Positions 19,269 through 28,397 of a stretch of DNA of 62,742 nt are shown piece after piece. A program made the position numbers and the translations under genes. The notes beneath the pieces are model-generated. The model was not told the DNA's origin, ran no database searches, and saw only the letters and a program-made list of their open reading frames with translations. Every line of letters starts with the position of its first letter. Within the stretch, counting starts at the first letter, position 1. This DNA is from Patescibacteria group bacterium (lineage in GTDB: Bacteria; Patescibacteriota; Doudnabacteria; UBA920; O2-02-FULL-48-8): the NCBI GenBank assembly GCA_036394315.1, contig DASWFI010000156.1, forward strand, positions 1-62,742, written 5' to 3'.

Positions 19269-19855
19269 TATTTCTTCTGTTCCTTTCGAACTTCACCGGA
19301 TAACTTAGAAGCGAGGGGGCTTTTCTGACCAGCATATTTGTTATTTTTCTTTGATCGATACGGAACCTCTACTGGACTTGAAACCTCCTCAAAAGTAAAG
19401 GCACAAATTCGCATGCCTGGATAAAGAGCAACGGGCATGACTCCCAGATTACCCAACTCCATGGTAGGCGTCCCGGTCCATCCTGGATCAAAGATCGACG
19501 CTGTGCCGTGAACGATAATCCCCAACCGGCCAAGAGAGCTTCGGCCTTCGATCCGGCCGAGCAAATCATCTTCTAGTTCAAGATTTTCTTCCGTGGTGGC
19601 AAGTGCAAAATCTCCCGGCTGCATTATGAATGGCTCTCCATCGGGAACGGTTATTTCTTTCATGAGTTTGTCCGTGTCTACCGGGCCGTTTAGGTCAATG
19701 TAGGGGTAACTTGAGTGTTTAAAGACACGAAATTTATGTCCTAAGTGCAAATCCAAAGAACAGGAACCTAACTGTGTTTTTAAATCCGGTTTGGGCGTTA
19801 TTTTAATTCTCCCCGAACTTAGCGCTTTTTTGATGTCTCTATCTGAAAGTATCAT
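19268..19855 (-). CDS. dcd: dCTP deaminase
   Basis: 195-aa ORF. MILSDRDI at the N-terminus and the later GRIEGRSSLGRLGI and DPGW.G motifs fit the family. Confidence 0.9.
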   Translation of the reverse strand: MILSDRDIKKALSSGRIKITPKPDLKTQLGSCSLDLHLGHKFRVFKHSSYPYIDLNGPVDTDKLMKEITVPDGEPFIMQPGDFALATTEENLELEDDLLGRIEGRSSLGRLGIIVHGTASIFDPGWTGTPTMELGNLGVMPVALYPGMRICAFTFEEVSSPVEVPYRSKKNNKYAGQKSPLASKLSGEVRKEQKK

Positions 19856-19890
19856 TTTAATTCGTTAATTCTTAAGCATAATAACAAATC

Positions 19891-20622
19891 CTAACGATTT
19901 TTGAAAATTTTTAACACAGGGTAATAAATATCAGCCTCCAGGGGAGTTATAAGCTTGCAAAAAGTCGACTTTTCGGTAAATTTTATATCAGCATCCTTTA
20001 TAATCACAATGGGCACGCGCTCTGCTCCTTCACCCATCATATATACAGCCGAAACTGCCAAGGCATCGACGATGTCTGTTTTTGTAAACTTAAATTTTCT
20101 GCCAAAAATATCTTTTTGACCGCGATAGTCTTTTTGGGGCTCAAACCCGTAAAAGCCGATAGCGATTCCGATTGTACCCAATCTCATGGGGAAAGTATGG
20201 CTGTCTGTTGCGATCACTCCCAGGTTTTTTATTTTGTGTTTGCGGCGAAGATGCTGCCAAATCTCTTTCAGTAATCTATTCACATTATTTGGCAAGAGTG
20301 TGTAGTAGCCATTGGAATTACTTTCATCGATTCCAGCTGACAAGGCTAGAACGTGATTTTTTATAGTCAGAACAAACTTCTGCTGCTTAACACGCGTCAG
20401 TTTATAATATTCCGCTTCTTGTTTGATCAGATCGAGTTTTTTTACCTGATCCGAAATTTTTATGCATCGGCCCTGATGAATGCTTAACACTTTGGACGTA
20501 ATAACAACCACGTCACCATTTTTCAGCTTCTTAATGCTGTTTAGAAGATCATAGATATCGTCTTTCGGCGGCAAAAAAGCTCTGGTTCTAACCTTCCGTA
20601 ACTTCATGCGCCGTCCTTTCAT
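19891..20622 (-). CDS. CofE-like gamma-glutamyl ligase family protein (putative folate-metabolism ligase)
   Basis: 243-aa ORF. GDVVVITSKVLS..QGR and the C-terminal GEGAERVPIV resemble F420-0:gamma-glutamyl ligase-like proteins. Assignment is by eye only. Confidence 0.5.
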   Translation of the reverse strand: MKGRRMKLRKVRTRAFLPPKDDIYDLLNSIKKLKNGDVVVITSKVLSIHQGRCIKISDQVKKLDLIKQEAEYYKLTRVKQQKFVLTIKNHVLALSAGIDESNSNGYYTLLPNNVNRLLKEIWQHLRRKHKIKNLGVIATDSHTFPMRLGTIGIAIGFYGFEPQKDYRGQKDIFGRKFKFTKTDIVDALAVSAVYMMGEGAERVPIVIIKDADIKFTEKSTFCKLITPLEADIYYPVLKIFKNR

Positions 20623-21220
20623 TCATAAACTGGAGAATTACTTTAAAAAGTAAAACGTTTAGCACAATTCCAGCAGCGAAAAGCAAACGCTCGACTATCA
20701 CTACTGGAATCAGGCTCAGCCAAACTTCCTTGGGTAAATTAAAGTAATACAACCAAAGCACCCCTCCAACTGCGTGTGCTGCGAATGTGGCTCCCAAAGC
20801 CCGGGCGAGCAGTTTGTCTTGAAAATAATAACAGACAATCGGTATCAGCCAGAACATGGAATAAAACCAAACTGTACGGCCAATTGGATGAACCACAAAC
20901 AGAATTATGGCGAGCAGCGGGACTAATATATTCCACTTGGATTTCTTACTGAAATAAACAACTGCAAAAAGTGTGGGTATAATTCTAAGCAGCATACCCA
21001 AATCTAGGTGAGTTGTTTGGTGAATAATCAAATTAAGCAATTGCATCACGATAACAGCGACTAGGCCAATCCCAGTGCCTAAAAATTGACCGGCAATGGG
21101 CGCAAAGCTATCAAACAGTGTGAATGTAGCTTTCGTACCTGCCAGATGCCCCAGCTTAATATTTAGCGATAGAGTGCTCAGAATTACAAACAAACCCAAT
21201 AGAAATATTTTTTTATTCAT
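20588..21220 (-). CDS. integral membrane protein, possible vitamin/folate ECF S-component-like transporter
   Basis: Five to six hydrophobic helices. The ATG at 21220 (MNKKIFLLG..) is preferred over the TTG at 21241 used by the ORF track. The functional guess rests only on context with folA/thyA/CofE-like genes. Confidence 0.5.
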   Translation of the reverse strand: MNKKIFLLGLFVILSTLSLNIKLGHLAGTKATFTLFDSFAPIAGQFLGTGIGLVAVIVMQLLNLIIHQTTHLDLGMLLRIIPTLFAVVYFSKKSKWNILVPLLAIILFVVHPIGRTVWFYSMFWLIPIVCYYFQDKLLARALGATFAAHAVGGVLWLYYFNLPKEVWLSLIPVVIVERLLFAAGIVLNVLLFKVILQFMNERTAHEVTEG

Positions 21221-21369
21221 CGTTTTGAGGTTAATAGACAAAATAAAACCGCCACTAGGGCGGCTTTGGAAATTACAAAGCGAAATCCCTAGTGTCCTAG
21301 GGCTGTTTCAGCGTAGGATGACCAGATTCTTTTGTTTCGTGTGATTAACATGATACTTGCAGTATAAGA

Positions 21370-21801
21370 CTAATAAATTTGAGGGTCAATAAGGAGCTGC
21401 TTATTTAAGTATATATCCAAAAAATGCTTGTGAGCAAAAAATATATTTTCAGGAAGATTCTTTATGTCGAACCATTCCCACTTTTCACATTTGTCCGGTT
21501 CTTTATTTTCAAGTTCGCCGTGGAATTTCTTCGAAACAAAAACGAATTGGATATAATGTTGTTTTGTATCTTGCCTGGGTTGGTTAATAACTCCCGAATA
21601 GTTCAATTCATCCACAACTAAACCGGTTTCCTCCAGTAATTCTCTTTTAGCTCCATCAGCAAGTGTTTCGTTAAATTCCAAATGACCACTCGGGAATCCC
21701 CAATAACCGTCCCCAGTAATATTTTTGCGCTTGCCTAAAAGAACTTTATTATCCTTTTCCAAAATAACATTAACACCTACTTTTATAGTTTGATTTTCCA
21801 T
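21370..21801 (-). CDS. NUDIX hydrolase
   Basis: 143-aa ORF with a Nudix box: GH.E..ET..DGAKRELLEETG. Confidence 0.8.
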   Translation of the reverse strand: MENQTIKVGVNVILEKDNKVLLGKRKNITGDGYWGFPSGHLEFNETLADGAKRELLEETGLVVDELNYSGVINQPRQDTKQHYIQFVFVSKKFHGELENKEPDKCEKWEWFDIKNLPENIFFAHKHFLDIYLNKQLLIDPQIY

Positions 21802-21831
21802 AAATTTAAACGCCTCATAAACATGAGGCGT
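21801..21831 (-). terminator. rho-independent terminator after rplA
   Basis: 9-bp stem ACGCCTCAT / ATGAGGCGT with a 4-nt loop. The minus-strand tail is TTTAAATTT. Confidence 0.55.
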
Positions 21832-21837
21832 GGTAAC

Positions 21838-22512
21838 TTAAATTTTCACTTTGATCCCAGGCCCCATGGTGGCGTTGATGGAGATCGAAGCCATGTATTC
21901 TTTTTTCAGCCCCGAAGGCCTAGATGAATTTAGCGCATCTATGAATGATTTAAAGTTGGCGAGAATTTGATCGTCCGGAAAATTACTCTTGCCCAAAATC
22001 ATGTGGACATTGCCGGATTCGTCGTTTTTAAATTCCGCTTTGCCTGTGGCGAATTCTTTTACTGTTTTGCCGATATCGGCCGAAACAGTACCTGATTTTG
22101 GATTGGGCATCAAACCGCGGGGACCCAAAAATTTGGCGATCTGTGCCAGTTTCGGCATCATCGCAGGCTCTGCGATGGCGATATCAAAGTTCAGCTGTTC
22201 GCTCTCCTTGATTTTCTTGATCAAATCTTCACCGCCCACAACTACAGCACCTGCGTCCTTGGCTTCCTTTTCTTTGGCAGTAGTGACAAACGCGGCAATT
22301 CTTTTGGTTTTGCCCGTGCCGTGAGGCAGCGTTACAGTCGTTCGGACAGTTTGATCGGATTTTTTTGCATCAATTCCCAGACGAACATGGACTTCGATAT
22401 TGCCGACAAACTTAGTCGTGGCAGTTTTCTTCGCCAAAGCAATAGCTTCGGAGGGCGTATATTGCTTGTTAACGTCGACTTCTTTGGCAGCATTTTCAAA
22501 TCTTTTACCCAT
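21838..22512 (-). CDS. rplA: 50S ribosomal protein L1
   Basis: 224-aa ORF. FVGNIEVHVRLGID, TV.LPHGTGK and PRGLMPNPK.GTV are canonical L1 motifs. Confidence 0.95.
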   Translation of the reverse strand: MGKRFENAAKEVDVNKQYTPSEAIALAKKTATTKFVGNIEVHVRLGIDAKKSDQTVRTTVTLPHGTGKTKRIAAFVTTAKEKEAKDAGAVVVGGEDLIKKIKESEQLNFDIAIAEPAMMPKLAQIAKFLGPRGLMPNPKSGTVSADIGKTVKEFATGKAEFKNDESGNVHMILGKSNFPDDQILANFKSFIDALNSSRPSGLKKEYMASISINATMGPGIKVKI

Positions 22513-22565
22513 ATTTTCCTTTCGCGGTTCAAACGACTATAAGTCTCCCGCAATTAATTAACTAA

Positions 22566-22952
22566 TTAAATCTCTTTGTCTTTTCGGATGGTGAACCAAT
22601 GATACGCATAAAGCGGGATACCCACCAGCAGCATAGCGATGGCATTTGAAGCCTGGTTCTGTTTGTTGGAAGTGCGCTGTTCCTCGCACTGTTTCTTTTG
22701 CTCGTCCTTCTGAGCTTGTGTCGATCCGATTGTTTTGCCGTCTTTATCCGGGGTCATAGGACTGGCGTAGTTGTAGCAGTAATTATCCGCTTTTGTAAAA
22801 ACATAGCTTTTAAGGCCCAGGTTAATCAAACTTACCAGGCCAATAATACATAACACCAAACCGACGGAGGCGAAAATGTATAGAAAAGCTTTTCTTAAAG
22901 TTATATTTAATGCCATAACAATAATTATTAATAATATAAAAGCAGCGACCAA
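22566..22952 (-). CDS. hypothetical membrane protein inserted between rplK and rplA
   Basis: Two to three TM helices flank a Q/K-rich loop. The track start at 23021 would overlap rplK by 62 nt, so an internal TTG (22952) or ATG (22916) start is more likely. Confidence 0.45.
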   Translation of the reverse strand: MVAAFILLIIIVMALNITLRKAFLYIFASVGLVLCIIGLVSLINLGLKSYVFTKADNYCYNYASPMTPDKDGKTIGSTQAQKDEQKKQCEEQRTSNKQNQASNAIAMLLVGIPLYAYHWFTIRKDKEI

Positions 22953-22959
22953 ACTTAAA

Positions 22960-23382
22960 TTATTTGATCTCGACACCCATAGATCGAGCGGTACCCGCCA
23001 CGATCTTTTCCGCGGCTTCAACGCTGTTGGCGTTTAAATCAGGCATTTTTTGCTCGGCGATCGAGCGCAGCTGGGCTTTGGTAATAGTTCCAACTTTATT
23101 TTTCAGCGGATTACCTGAACCCTTTTCAATTCCCGCCGCTTTGCGGATTAAAATCGAAGCTGGAGGAGTTTTGAGGATAAACGTAAACGATCGGTCTTCG
23201 AAAATCGTGATTTCAGCAGGGACAACGATATCGCCCAGGGGAGCTGAGCGCTCATTGAAATCTTTTATGAATAACCCGATGTTAATTCCGTGGGGGCCTA
23301 AAGCCGTACCAGTTTGCTGGCTTGGAGCTGCTCTTCCCGCCGGAAGCACTATTTTTACAATTGTCTTAATTTTTTTAGCCAT
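22960..23382 (-). CDS. rplK: 50S ribosomal protein L11
   Basis: 140-aa ORF. P..PALG..G.NI..F.K.FN is present and the overall sequence is canonical L11. Confidence 0.95.
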   Translation of the reverse strand: MAKKIKTIVKIVLPAGRAAPSQQTGTALGPHGINIGLFIKDFNERSAPLGDIVVPAEITIFEDRSFTFILKTPPASILIRKAAGIEKGSGNPLKNKVGTITKAQLRSIAEQKMPDLNANSVEAAEKIVAGTARSMGVEIK

Positions 23383-23421
23383 ATGATTCCTTAATCCGCT
23401 TGTTAAGAAGCATCAAAGCGG

Positions 23422-24174
23422 TTACTTTTTTTCTAATTCCAAAAATCGTTTAATATCGGCGACCGTATTCATAAACTGCGCGGGGAAAATAATAGTGGAA
23501 TTTTTCTCCACCGCGATTTCCGCCATAGTCTGGAGATTGCGTAGCTGCAATGCTATAGGATGAGCTGCCATAACGTCAGCGGTCTGAGCCAATTTTTCAG
23601 AAGCAGCCAATTCGCCTTCCGCGGCGATAATCTTGGCGCGTTTTTCTCGTTCTGCTTCCGCTTGTTTAGCCATCGCTCTCTGCATATTTTCCGGTAATTC
23701 TATGTCTTTGATCTCTACGACGCTAACTACTACTCCCCAAGGTTCCGTATGAGCATCCAAAACATTTCTTATTTCGACATTGATTGCATCGCGCTCTGAT
23801 AAAATTTCATCCAACTGAAATCTGCCCACTATATTTCGAACTGTAGTCTGGGCAATCTGATTAATGGCGCTCATCACGTTTTCTATCGCAACTATGCTTT
23901 TGACCGGATCCTGGACTTTGTAATAAGCCACAACTGAAACGTCAACGGAAACATTATCTTTGGTGATGATTTTTTGCGGCTGTATTGGCAGAGTTACCGT
24001 GCGCAAATCCACTTTCCGCACTATGTCGATCAGTGGGATTACCCAGTTCAAACCTGGTTGTTTCGTGCCCGTAATTTTACCGAATCGAAAGACTACACCA
24101 ACCTGGTATTGCTGGACTATTCGAAGTCCAGAGATGACAACTAAGATAATTATACCAATGATTGTCTGGGGCAT
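23422..24174 (-). CDS. SPFH/band-7 (stomatin-like) membrane protein
   Basis: 250-aa ORF with an N-terminal TM helix, an SPFH core and a C-terminal AEAEREKRAKIIAAEGE coiled coil. Its ATG shares one nucleotide with the nusG TAA (TAATG). Confidence 0.85.
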   Translation of the reverse strand: MPQTIIGIIILVVISGLRIVQQYQVGVVFRFGKITGTKQPGLNWVIPLIDIVRKVDLRTVTLPIQPQKIITKDNVSVDVSVVAYYKVQDPVKSIVAIENVMSAINQIAQTTVRNIVGRFQLDEILSERDAINVEIRNVLDAHTEPWGVVVSVVEIKDIELPENMQRAMAKQAEAEREKRAKIIAAEGELAASEKLAQTADVMAAHPIALQLRNLQTMAEIAVEKNSTIIFPAQFMNTVADIKRFLELEKK

Positions 24175-24719
24175 TACAGTTTCTTAATTTGTAAAAAATC
24201 CAATTCGATAGGAGTTTCCCGACCGAAGATGGAAACCAAGACCTTAATCTTACCTTTTTCTTCGTCAATTTCCGAAACCTTACCTTCGTAATCTTTAAAT
24301 GGACCGTCAGTGATGCGGGTTAAGTCGTTAACAGAGACGTCAATCTTGTATTTAGGTTCCTCTACTCCCATTCGCTTCTGCAGAAAAGTAATCTCCGATT
24401 CTGAAATTGGAGTGGGAATGGTGCCGGACCCGACGAAACCAGTAACGTTAGGAGTATTTCTGACCACATACCAGGAGTCGTCAGTTACGATCATTTCTAC
24501 CAGAACGTAACCTGGGAAAATTTTCTCTTCCACAGTCACGCGCTTGCTTTCTTTGATCTTAATTTTCTTTTCTTTGGGGACCAGGACGGAAAAAATCTTG
24601 TCTTCCATGCCCATGGATTCTATACGTTGTTTCAAATTAAAAGCCACACTGTCTTCATATCCAGAATAAGTGTGAAGCACGTACCAATGTTTTTCACCCG
24701 TAACTTGCTGCCTGGCCAT
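24174..24719 (-). CDS. nusG: transcription termination/antitermination factor NusG
   Basis: 181-aa ORF with WYVLHTYSGYE (NGN domain) and a C-terminal KOW motif (GPFKDYEGKV). Confidence 0.95.
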   Translation of the reverse strand: MARQQVTGEKHWYVLHTYSGYEDSVAFNLKQRIESMGMEDKIFSVLVPKEKKIKIKESKRVTVEEKIFPGYVLVEMIVTDDSWYVVRNTPNVTGFVGSGTIPTPISESEITFLQKRMGVEEPKYKIDVSVNDLTRITDGPFKDYEGKVSEIDEEKGKIKVLVSIFGRETPIELDFLQIKKL

Positions 24720-24724
24720 AATAT

Positions 24725-24910
24725 TTACCTAGTTAGTGCCCAATTCAAAAGTTTGGTTAAACCATAATCTACAAAACCCAAAAAAACCGCGACAGCTAAA
24801 GACAGCACAACTACCGCAATAGTAACGCGTATGGTTTCAGCTCGAGACGGCCAAACTACTTTGCCCAATTCAGCTCGTGCTTCTTTGATAAATTGAATAG
24901 GATTTGCCAT
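24725..24910 (-). CDS. secE: preprotein translocase subunit SecE
   Basis: The 61-aa form starts MANPIQFIKEARAELGKVVWPSR and has a single C-terminal TM helix. The longer track ORF starts at a TTG inside the divergent promoter and is less likely. Confidence 0.8.
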   Translation of the reverse strand: MANPIQFIKEARAELGKVVWPSRAETIRVTIAVVVLSLAVAVFLGFVDYGLTKLLNWALTR

Positions 24911-24976
24911 ATTTTTAGGCCTTTTTAAAACCCCTCTCGGGGCTTGTAAAAACATTATACTCCAGTATGCAAATAA

Positions 24977-25004
24977 TTGCAAATTCCCAATAAATTGGTA
25001 ATAT
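24977..25004 (+). promoter_or_regulatory. sigma70-like promoter for the GC-rich secreted-protein ORF
   Basis: TTGCAA (24977-24982), 16-nt spacer, TAATAT (24999-25004). AGGAGG (25013-25018) lies 6 nt before the ATG at 25025. Confidence 0.5.
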
Positions 25005-25024
25005 AGCCTAGAAGGAGGACGGCT

Positions 25025-25528
25025 ATGAACAGGCTAACCGGCCTGACTTTGGTGGCAGTGCTGGCGCAAGCTCAGCCTGTTTATCCTCAGTCCAAGCAGC
25101 AAGTGAAAGTGGAAATCGAATCGCAAGTTATAACTCCGGCAACCGAGTCCTGGATGAAATCGAAACTCGTTTCGATGAAGCGCGGCAAGGGCGACGTGTG
25201 GATTCCCAGCTATGAGCCGGACGATAGCGATTGGGTCGAGATCCTCTCTCGACTCGGCTGGGTTTTCTGGGAGAACAAACCGTTGCCGGAGGACGCTCGG
25301 CTCCGCACCAACGCCTGCGCCAATACCACGAGACGATCGCGGCTTCACATTCCCCTGGTGGTAGACGAAGACGTGGGACCGTTTAAGCGCTCCTTCTGCT
25401 TCGGAATTTCACGGATCAATGATCGGATCCTCGCCGAGGACACGATCATTCAACTTCGTGAAAAGCTGAACGCCGTCGCTAAAAGACTGGAGACTGTCGA
25501 AACCAAGCTAGGAATACAAAAGCAATGA
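25025..25528 (+). CDS. hypothetical secreted protein (GC-rich orphan)
   Basis: 167-aa ORF with a signal-peptide-like N-terminus and a C-terminal coiled-coil-like tail. It has a strong RBS and its own terminator, and lies opposite in strand to both neighbours. Confidence 0.6.
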   Translation: MNRLTGLTLVAVLAQAQPVYPQSKQQVKVEIESQVITPATESWMKSKLVSMKRGKGDVWIPSYEPDDSDWVEILSRLGWVFWENKPLPEDARLRTNACANTTRRSRLHIPLVVDEDVGPFKRSFCFGISRINDRILAEDTIIQLREKLNAVAKRLETVETKLGIQKQ

Positions 25529-25551
25529 GCGAACTCATTGCTTTCTTTTTT
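25522..25551 (+). terminator. rho-independent terminator
   Basis: Perfect 8-bp stem GCAATGAG / CTCATTGC with loop CGAA, then TTTCTTTTTTT. The stop codon lies within the stem. Confidence 0.75.
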
Positions 25552-25886
25552 TATATATTTCTTCTGGCCGCGAGGGCGTATTGGGTAAAATATCTATCCA
25601 AATCCGCAAGCGTAGTTTGATATTGTTTTTCACCAAAGACTATGTCGCAAAGCACTTCCTTTGTTCGAGTAATTTCTTTCAGGCTGCTATGCCAGCGTTT
25701 ATCAGAAATTGTTAGATCCAAAAGCTCCAAAGCGCGCCAAATCGTATTTAGAAAAATTTTTTCATCCTTATTTTCCCATTTACGCGCGCGGCTAACCTCG
25801 CTGCCTATATTACCCATTTGATCGGCTAAAGGCATTAGACGCCATTTCTCAACTATCTCTTTACCGTGAATATAGTTCATAAACAA
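25551..25886 (-). CDS. hypothetical protein (all-alpha, possibly MazG-like NTP pyrophosphohydrolase fold)
   Basis: 111-aa ORF overlapping the upstream gene by 26 nt. The family guess is weak. Confidence 0.4.
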   Translation of the reverse strand: MFMNYIHGKEIVEKWRLMPLADQMGNIGSEVSRARKWENKDEKIFLNTIWRALELLDLTISDKRWHSSLKEITRTKEVLCDIVFGEKQYQTTLADLDRYFTQYALAARRNI

Positions 25887-26208
25887 TTTTAGTAATTTTT
25901 TCTCTTACATTTGAATCTTCGATACCGCGAGTTTTGTTTCCCTGGGCTGGTCTCAGATTAATCATCGAATCGAATTCAATAAAATTATCTCCTTCTAAAT
26001 CCGGATATAAGTTTATTCCCCACAAATCTTCCTGCTTTGATCCCTGCTGCAACAATAAGGCTTCCTCATCAGCATGCATTTGGCCTCCGACGGCCATAAT
26101 TTTTTGACTAAGATCAACAACTACTTTAACCATATCACCAAAACGCTCTTTAGCGAATATCTGGAGTTCATCCTTGGTTATTTTATCCGTAACAATCTTG
26201 ATGGGCAT
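25861..26208 (-). CDS. hypothetical protein (recalled as DUF5674-like)
   Basis: 115-aa ORF. AVGG.MHADEEALLL..GSKQEDLWGINLYP matches my memory of the DUF5674 family. Not verified. Confidence 0.45.
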   Translation of the reverse strand: MPIKIVTDKITKDELQIFAKERFGDMVKVVVDLSQKIMAVGGQMHADEEALLLQQGSKQEDLWGINLYPDLEGDNFIEFDSMINLRPAQGNKTRGIEDSNVREKITKIVYELYSR

Positions 26209-26215
26209 TATTTTC

Positions 26216-28303
<2,088 letters not shown>

Positions 28304-28342
28304 TTATAGCAGATTTTTGCTAGTTTTTGAAGAGTTTGTGGG

Positions 28343-28367
28343 GATAAAAAAGAGGCTTATATAAGCC
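28343..28367 (-). terminator. rho-independent terminator after pheT
   Basis: Perfect palindrome GGCTTATATAAGCC followed on the minus strand by TCTTTTTTAT. An extended -10 TGCTATAAT for gyrB follows (plus-strand attatagca, 28303-28311). Confidence 0.6.
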
Positions 28368-28397
28368 ATTTTACCCGCTTTAAAGAAGTACCTGGTG

